IMG/VR virus record: IMGVR_UViG_3300045988_165656
Length of the DNA: 44,805 nt
Strand: one strand, 5' to 3'
Source of the DNA: a virus
Shown here: piece by piece, positions 41,700-44,805 of the stretch
How positions within the stretch are numbered: the first letter of the stretch is position 1
Layout of the letters: every line of letters starts with the position of its first letter
Position numbers and translations under genes: made by a program
Notes under the pieces: generated by a model
What the model was told of the DNA's origin: nothing
Seen by the model: the letters and a program-made list of their open reading frames with translations, nothing else
Database searches by the model: none

Positions 41700-42168
41700 T
41701 TTTCTTAGCCTCCTTCTTTGCTGCACGAGCAGCTTTGCGATCCGCTTTCACTTTGTCACATGCCTTCTTGTACTTTTCACCGTCACGTTCGAAGTTCTCT
41801 TCAGTAGACACATACCGTACTCTGTAGCCATTAGCTCTGAGATCGCGGTAGAAATCGTTGCGATTTGCATATTCACTGCGTACTACTTCGAACTCATTGG
41901 TTTCAGTATTTCTTACACTTGCAACAAGCAGTTTCTTTTTCTTCTGAACAGATTCATCATTCTTAGAAGCTTCAGATTCGCTCTCAGGCACACTTTCTTC
42001 TTCGGTAAGTAAAGTATCTACGAAAGTTTCTTCTTCGTCCTGAGACTCGTTCTGAGCGTTCTGAATAGCTTCGATGAGTTCAGTCTTCTTCATGCTCCAC
42101 CAGTTCTTGATCTTCAGCTCTTTTGCTGTTGCCTTGAGTTCTTTGCTTGTCATGTTTTCGATATTCAT
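41680..42168 (-). CDS. Hypothetical protein with a Rho_N/SAP-like N-terminal motif
   Basis: SKELKATAKELKIKNWWSMKKTELIEAI, followed by an acidic linker and a basic C-terminus. Confidence 0.45.
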   Translation of the reverse strand: MNIENMTSKELKATAKELKIKNWWSMKKTELIEAIQNAQNESQDEEETFVDTLLTEEESVPESESEASKNDESVQKKKKLLVASVRNTETNEFEVVRSEYANRNDFYRDLRANGYRVRYVSTEENFERDGEKYKKACDKVKADRKAARAAKKEAKKNETVHD

Positions 42169-42201
42169 AATAGTTACCTCTTTCTTTTAGTTGATATATT
42201 C

Positions 42202-42230
42202 ATTATACAACAAAAGTTGTAGGTTGTACA
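42202..42230 (-). promoter_or_regulatory. Reiterated promoter-operator (TGTACA-N17-TATAAT)
   Basis: Minus strand reads TGTACA acctacaacttttgttg TATAAT, upstream of the 41680-42168 gene. Confidence 0.55.
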
Positions 42231-42311
42231 ACGTTTGTTTGAGGAAGTTTATTCCCAACACTCTCTTTCGAGAGCGTTTCGTCTTAATTTTCAAAGACTC
42301 ATCAGGGGAAT

Positions 42312-42890
42312 TTACTTGATTCTATATGTTTTACCTTTGGCTGTTACGAAATATTCGTTCTTACCATTTCTCCATACTTTTTCAATATCGGCGATTTTGA
42401 CTGATTTGCATTTCGGCTGTCTCTTAATGAACGGGAGAATGATTTTCTTTGCTTTGTCCGGAAGAACAAAGATTTTTTGTGTTTTTCTCGATTCATATCG
42501 CTCGTTCATTTTTCTCATTGCTTCTCCTGCTTCTTCCTCTGTTCCGTAGAACTTCTCATATGAGCGATTCTGTCTGCCGATCTGATAGAATTTTTCAGAG
42601 CGAATAACTTCAAGCTTATTGTTCCAGACTGTATTATATCCGCTTTTTGAGTTTGCCTTAACATTTGTATCGGTACATTTTCCAACGATGATTTCGATAC
42701 CTTTTTTATTAGCTTCCCAATCTCTGAACTCGCTCATCACAATACGGATGATTGTTGAGCCGTCAGTCAAATCAATGTGAGCAATTTCACCTTGTGAACC
42801 ACTCATCGTTGTTGTGTTGATGTAGAATCCGTCATTCATGTGGTCCATAACGATTTCTGAATATCTCTTGTTGATCTCTGTCATTGTCAT
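42312..42890 (-). CDS. Hypothetical protein
   Basis: 192-aa ORF with its own copy of the reiterated promoter. No recognisable motif. Confidence 0.5.
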   Translation of the reverse strand: MTMTEINKRYSEIVMDHMNDGFYINTTTMSGSQGEIAHIDLTDGSTIIRIVMSEFRDWEANKKGIEIIVGKCTDTNVKANSKSGYNTVWNNKLEVIRSEKFYQIGRQNRSYEKFYGTEEEAGEAMRKMNERYESRKTQKIFVLPDKAKKIILPFIKRQPKCKSVKIADIEKVWRNGKNEYFVTAKGKTYRIK

Positions 42891-42936
42891 CTTTATTTCT
42901 CCTTTAGTTTAAGCTCTTCAGCTTGATTACATTATC

Positions 42937-43014
42937 TATTATACAACATTTGTTGTAGTTTGTACATAGCCAAAATAACCAAAGTTTAGGTGATTTTCTT
43001 GTTTACTTTGTACA
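42937..43014. repeat. 78-bp element exactly duplicated across the contig junction (44751-44805 plus 33-55)
   Basis: tattatacaacatttgttgtagtttgtacatagccaaaataaccaaagtttaggtgattttcttgtttactttgtaca is identical at both loci when the ends are joined through the 32-nt overlap. Confidence 0.85.
42938..42966 (-). promoter_or_regulatory. Reiterated promoter-operator (TGTACA-N17-TATAAT)
   Basis: Minus strand reads TGTACA aactacaacaaatgttg TATAAT. The spacer holds the palindrome CAACAaaTGTTG. Confidence 0.55.
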
Positions 43015-43057
43015 TCGGTGCTTTTTTGAAATTTCAATAAATTATTCCCCCTATATA

Positions 43058-43086
43058 TGTACAAGATACCACATTTGTTGTATAAT
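43058..43086 (+). promoter_or_regulatory. Reiterated promoter-operator (TGTACA-N17-TATAAT), plus strand
   Basis: TGTACA agataccacatttgttg TATAAT, 30 nt upstream of the ATG at 43116. Confidence 0.55.
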
Positions 43087-43115
43087 AAATATATACTAAT
43101 GAAGGAGGAAACAAA

Positions 43116-43283
43116 ATGAATGAACTACAAATGTTAGAAGAAATGATCGCTGCAGGATATTGCGAGCTGAATGAATTCGTTCGACAATATGAAAAATTGA
43201 AAAACGATGGTCACATTCGAGATAACTTCTCAGACCATGTTCGATTCAGTTACGACATATTCGAAGACGAAACAAAATATTGA
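43116..43283 (+). CDS. Hypothetical 55-aa acidic protein
   Basis: SD gaaggagg lies 8 nt before the ATG. Reads MNELQMLEEMIAAGYCELNEFVRQYEKLKNDGHIRDNFSDHVRFSYDIFEDETKY. Below the ORF-track length cutoff. Confidence 0.55.
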   Translation: MNELQMLEEMIAAGYCELNEFVRQYEKLKNDGHIRDNFSDHVRFSYDIFEDETKY

Positions 43284-43305
43284 GAGGCGTCAGCCTCTCT
43301 TTTTC
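43282..43305 (+). terminator. Hairpin plus T-run (possibly an attenuating terminator within the operon)
   Basis: Stem gagaggc / gcctctc with loop gtca, followed by tttttc. Confidence 0.55.
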
Positions 43306-43347
43306 AAACAAAGGGAGAAGATAAACATAGAACTAGGTCAAACAGTA

Positions 43348-43587
43348 ATGACACGAGCCGTTGGAAATGCAGTAGTTAAAAATTATTTATTTTATCATTT
43401 TGTGTTTAGTAGTTTGGAAAGATATAAGAAGCATGATTGGGGAGATTTGCCGGCTGAAGATAAACGCATGAATGATAAAGGTGACGATAGAATTGTCGCA
43501 CGCTATAATAGTGAATATGGCGACATCTATATAATTAGCGAGTACGATCGTTCTTACACGACGATACTGTTCACAGATGAATATTGA
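43348..43587 (+). CDS. Small protein with the HDWGDL...ND...IISEYDRSYTTILFTDEY signature (plasmid/phage family of unknown function)
   Basis: First ATG of the frame, with a weak SD. The signature resembles a small-protein family I recall from plasmids and phages. Confidence 0.5.
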   Translation: MTRAVGNAVVKNYLFYHFVFSSLERYKKHDWGDLPAEDKRMNDKGDDRIVARYNSEYGDIYIISEYDRSYTTILFTDEY

Positions 43588-43598
43588 GGAGGTAACAT

Positions 43599-43829
43599 AT
43601 GACAAAACTGAAAACACTGAGGCAGGCCAAAGGCTTGTCTCAGTCTCAGCTTGCTGAGAAAGCCGAAATCAACGTACGAGTATTACAGCACTATGAGCAA
43701 GGTTCTAGGGATTTCGATCACGCTAACATTGGTACAATTTTACGAGTATGCATTGCTCTCGATTGTAAATTGGAAGACGTGATTGAAAACCAAGAATATA
43801 TTGAACTTTTGAAGAAAACGATGAAATAA
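43599..43829 (+). CDS. XRE-family HTH regulator (Aca-like position)
   Basis: LRQAKGLSQSQLAEKAEINVRVLQHYEQGSRDFDHANIGTILRVCIAL. SD gaggaggt. Last gene of the small plus-strand operon. Confidence 0.85.
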   Translation: MTKLKTLRQAKGLSQSQLAEKAEINVRVLQHYEQGSRDFDHANIGTILRVCIALDCKLEDVIENQEYIELLKKTMK

Positions 43830-43834
43830 AAAAG

Positions 43835-43868
43835 AGGCCACCGAATAATTTCGGCGGCCTTAATTTTT
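43835..43868. terminator. Rho-independent terminator
   Basis: Stem aggccaccgaa / ttcggcggcct followed by taattttt. Confidence 0.65.
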
Positions 43869-44044
43869 GTATATTTTTTGTATATTACATGCGTATTTTG
43901 ACGGTACTTCAAAGATACTCAAATCCAATAATACCAATGTTTTCAGTCTGTGAGTATGTACGAAGATAGTATATACTATTTCGCTCCAAATGTTAACCTG
44001 CCAACAACTGCTGTATATTACGTGAGTATTATTTAGAGAAAACA

Positions 44045-44074
44045 ATGAGCATTCAGAAAACTCTGAGTGCTCAT
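44045..44074 (-). terminator. Hairpin terminator after the 49-aa gene
   Basis: Stem atgagcattcaga / tctgagtgctcat (one G-T pair) with loop aaac. Confidence 0.5.
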
Positions 44075-44084
44075 TTCTGATTCT

Positions 44085-44234
44085 TTAGTTGTAGAGATCA
44101 GCGGACAATCTCACTCTTGCTTTGACGCCGATTCTTCTCAATTCTTTGATTCTTGCTTCGGCTTCTTCAATTGTTGAGTATTCCTTAACGGACCATTTCC
44201 AGCGTCTCTTGAACCACACTTGTAGTTTGTACAT
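44085..44234 (-). CDS. Hypothetical 49-aa basic protein
   Basis: SD gaggta precedes the ATG at 44234. Reads MYKLQVWFKRRWKWSVKEYSTIEEAEARIKELRRIGVKARVRLSADLYN. Below the ORF-track length cutoff. Confidence 0.5.
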   Translation of the reverse strand: MYKLQVWFKRRWKWSVKEYSTIEEAEARIKELRRIGVKARVRLSADLYN

Positions 44235-44255
44235 TTCAATTACCTCAATTTCTAT

Positions 44256-44702
44256 TTATGCACGAAAAGTAACGTTCAGCTTGTCCATGAAGTCGTCTGC
44301 ATATCTACCTACGCACTCGTACACTTTACCGCTTGCAAGGTCAATGTATGCCCTCGAGTAAGCTTCACTTACACGGAAACTTTCACGATTGCTGATTTTT
44401 TCGTTGTTTAACCACGCACTGCAGATGTTACCGCTCTTATAAAAATCAAGTTCAAGACCCATAAGAGCATCACCGATGCGACTGAGATACATGCGGTCTT
44501 TACCGTATTTAGTCCAACGAGTTGCACCTGCTTCTTCCAATTTAGTGATGTTCCAACCGCTTATGATCTCATCAGACGGTGTTTTTGCTTCTGCCCATGC
44601 TTGCTTCATGGCGTAGGACAGTTTAGCGATTCTGTCACCAGTTAACGTTCTGTAGATCTCCCATGCTCTTTTCATGATCTCGCTCTTGTTGTACATCATC
44701 AT
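44256..44702 (-). CDS. Hypothetical protein
   Basis: 148-aa ORF. SD agaggt. Own copy of the reiterated promoter. Confidence 0.55.
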   Translation of the reverse strand: MMMYNKSEIMKRAWEIYRTLTGDRIAKLSYAMKQAWAEAKTPSDEIISGWNITKLEEAGATRWTKYGKDRMYLSRIGDALMGLELDFYKSGNICSAWLNNEKISNRESFRVSEAYSRAYIDLASGKVYECVGRYADDFMDKLNVTFRA

Positions 44703-44751
44703 CTTAAATACCTCTTTCTGAGCTTTCGCTCTGTTTGTTTATCATGATATT

Positions 44752-44780
44752 ATTATACAACATTTGTTGTAGTTTGTACA
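44752..44780 (-). promoter_or_regulatory. Reiterated promoter-operator (TGTACA-N17-TATAAT)
   Basis: Identical to the 42938-42966 copy. Upstream of the 44256-44702 gene. Confidence 0.55.
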
Positions 44781-44805
44781 TAGCCAAAATAACCAAAGTT
44801 TAGGT

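Larger units (their letters stand above)
1..44805. mobile_element. Complete, apparently circularly closed genome of a temperate HK97-like siphovirus (tailed dsDNA phage)
   Basis: Full set of phage modules (integrase, replication, lysis, terminase, portal, protease, capsid, tail) with no host-like genes at either edge. Terminal 32-nt overlap. Tight minus-strand gene packing with ATGA-type overlaps. Confidence 0.85.

Overview
The window reads as one complete temperate siphovirus genome of about 44.8 kb from an AT-rich, probably Firmicute, host. No host flank is evident. The last 32 nt (44774-44805) repeat the first 32 nt. Joining the ends recreates an exact second copy of a 78-bp element found at 42937-43014, so the contig is most simply a closed circle.

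Almost all genes are on the minus strand. In transcription order (high to low coordinate) the modules are:
- Early/accessory single-gene cassettes, each with the same reiterated promoter-operator (44702-41529), wrapping around to a RelE-like cassette at 97-499.
- A tyrosine integrase (40462-41478, plus strand).
- Cro-like and Xis-like HTH genes.
- A replication/recombination block: SNF2 helicase, VRR-NUC, a Cas4-like/Sak4 fusion, DUF669, a family-B polymerase and a primase-helicase.
- A nucleotide metabolism/modification operon of about 7.5 kb (21582-29018).
- A sigma-region-4/ArpU-like regulator.
- A lysis cassette: holin, XhlA, GH25 endolysin.
- Packaging genes: Terminase_2-type TerS, an HNH-P-loop fusion, P27-type TerS and TerL.
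- An HK97-type head module.
- A short siphovirus tail module ending at 518, with a verified -1 frameshift in the tail chaperone.

The strongest candidate for new biology is the 21582-29018 operon. It holds a T4-like pyrimidine set: dCMP deaminase, a ThyX-like enzyme, dUTPase, a dNMP kinase, and a ThyA-family enzyme with Asp at the position that sets cytosine specificity. These are interleaved with a NodU/CmcH carbamoyltransferase, an acyl carrier protein, an FkbH-like glyceryl-ACP loader and a cytoplasmic NlpC/P60-fold protein. I read this as a candidate, apparently undescribed, 5-hydroxymethylpyrimidine DNA hypermodification pathway.

Other notable points:
- A diverged inverted duplication of about 230 bp of regulatory DNA lies in front of both the integrase and the late-regulator gene.
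- An operator-bearing promoter is reiterated six times.
- There is an acr-aca-like small-gene operon.
- There is a toxin-first RelE cassette.
- One conserved-looking small ORF is interrupted by an in-frame TAG.
- Tail-fibre-like genes sit inside the replication and packaging modules.

All functional calls come from motif recognition by eye. No database search was run.
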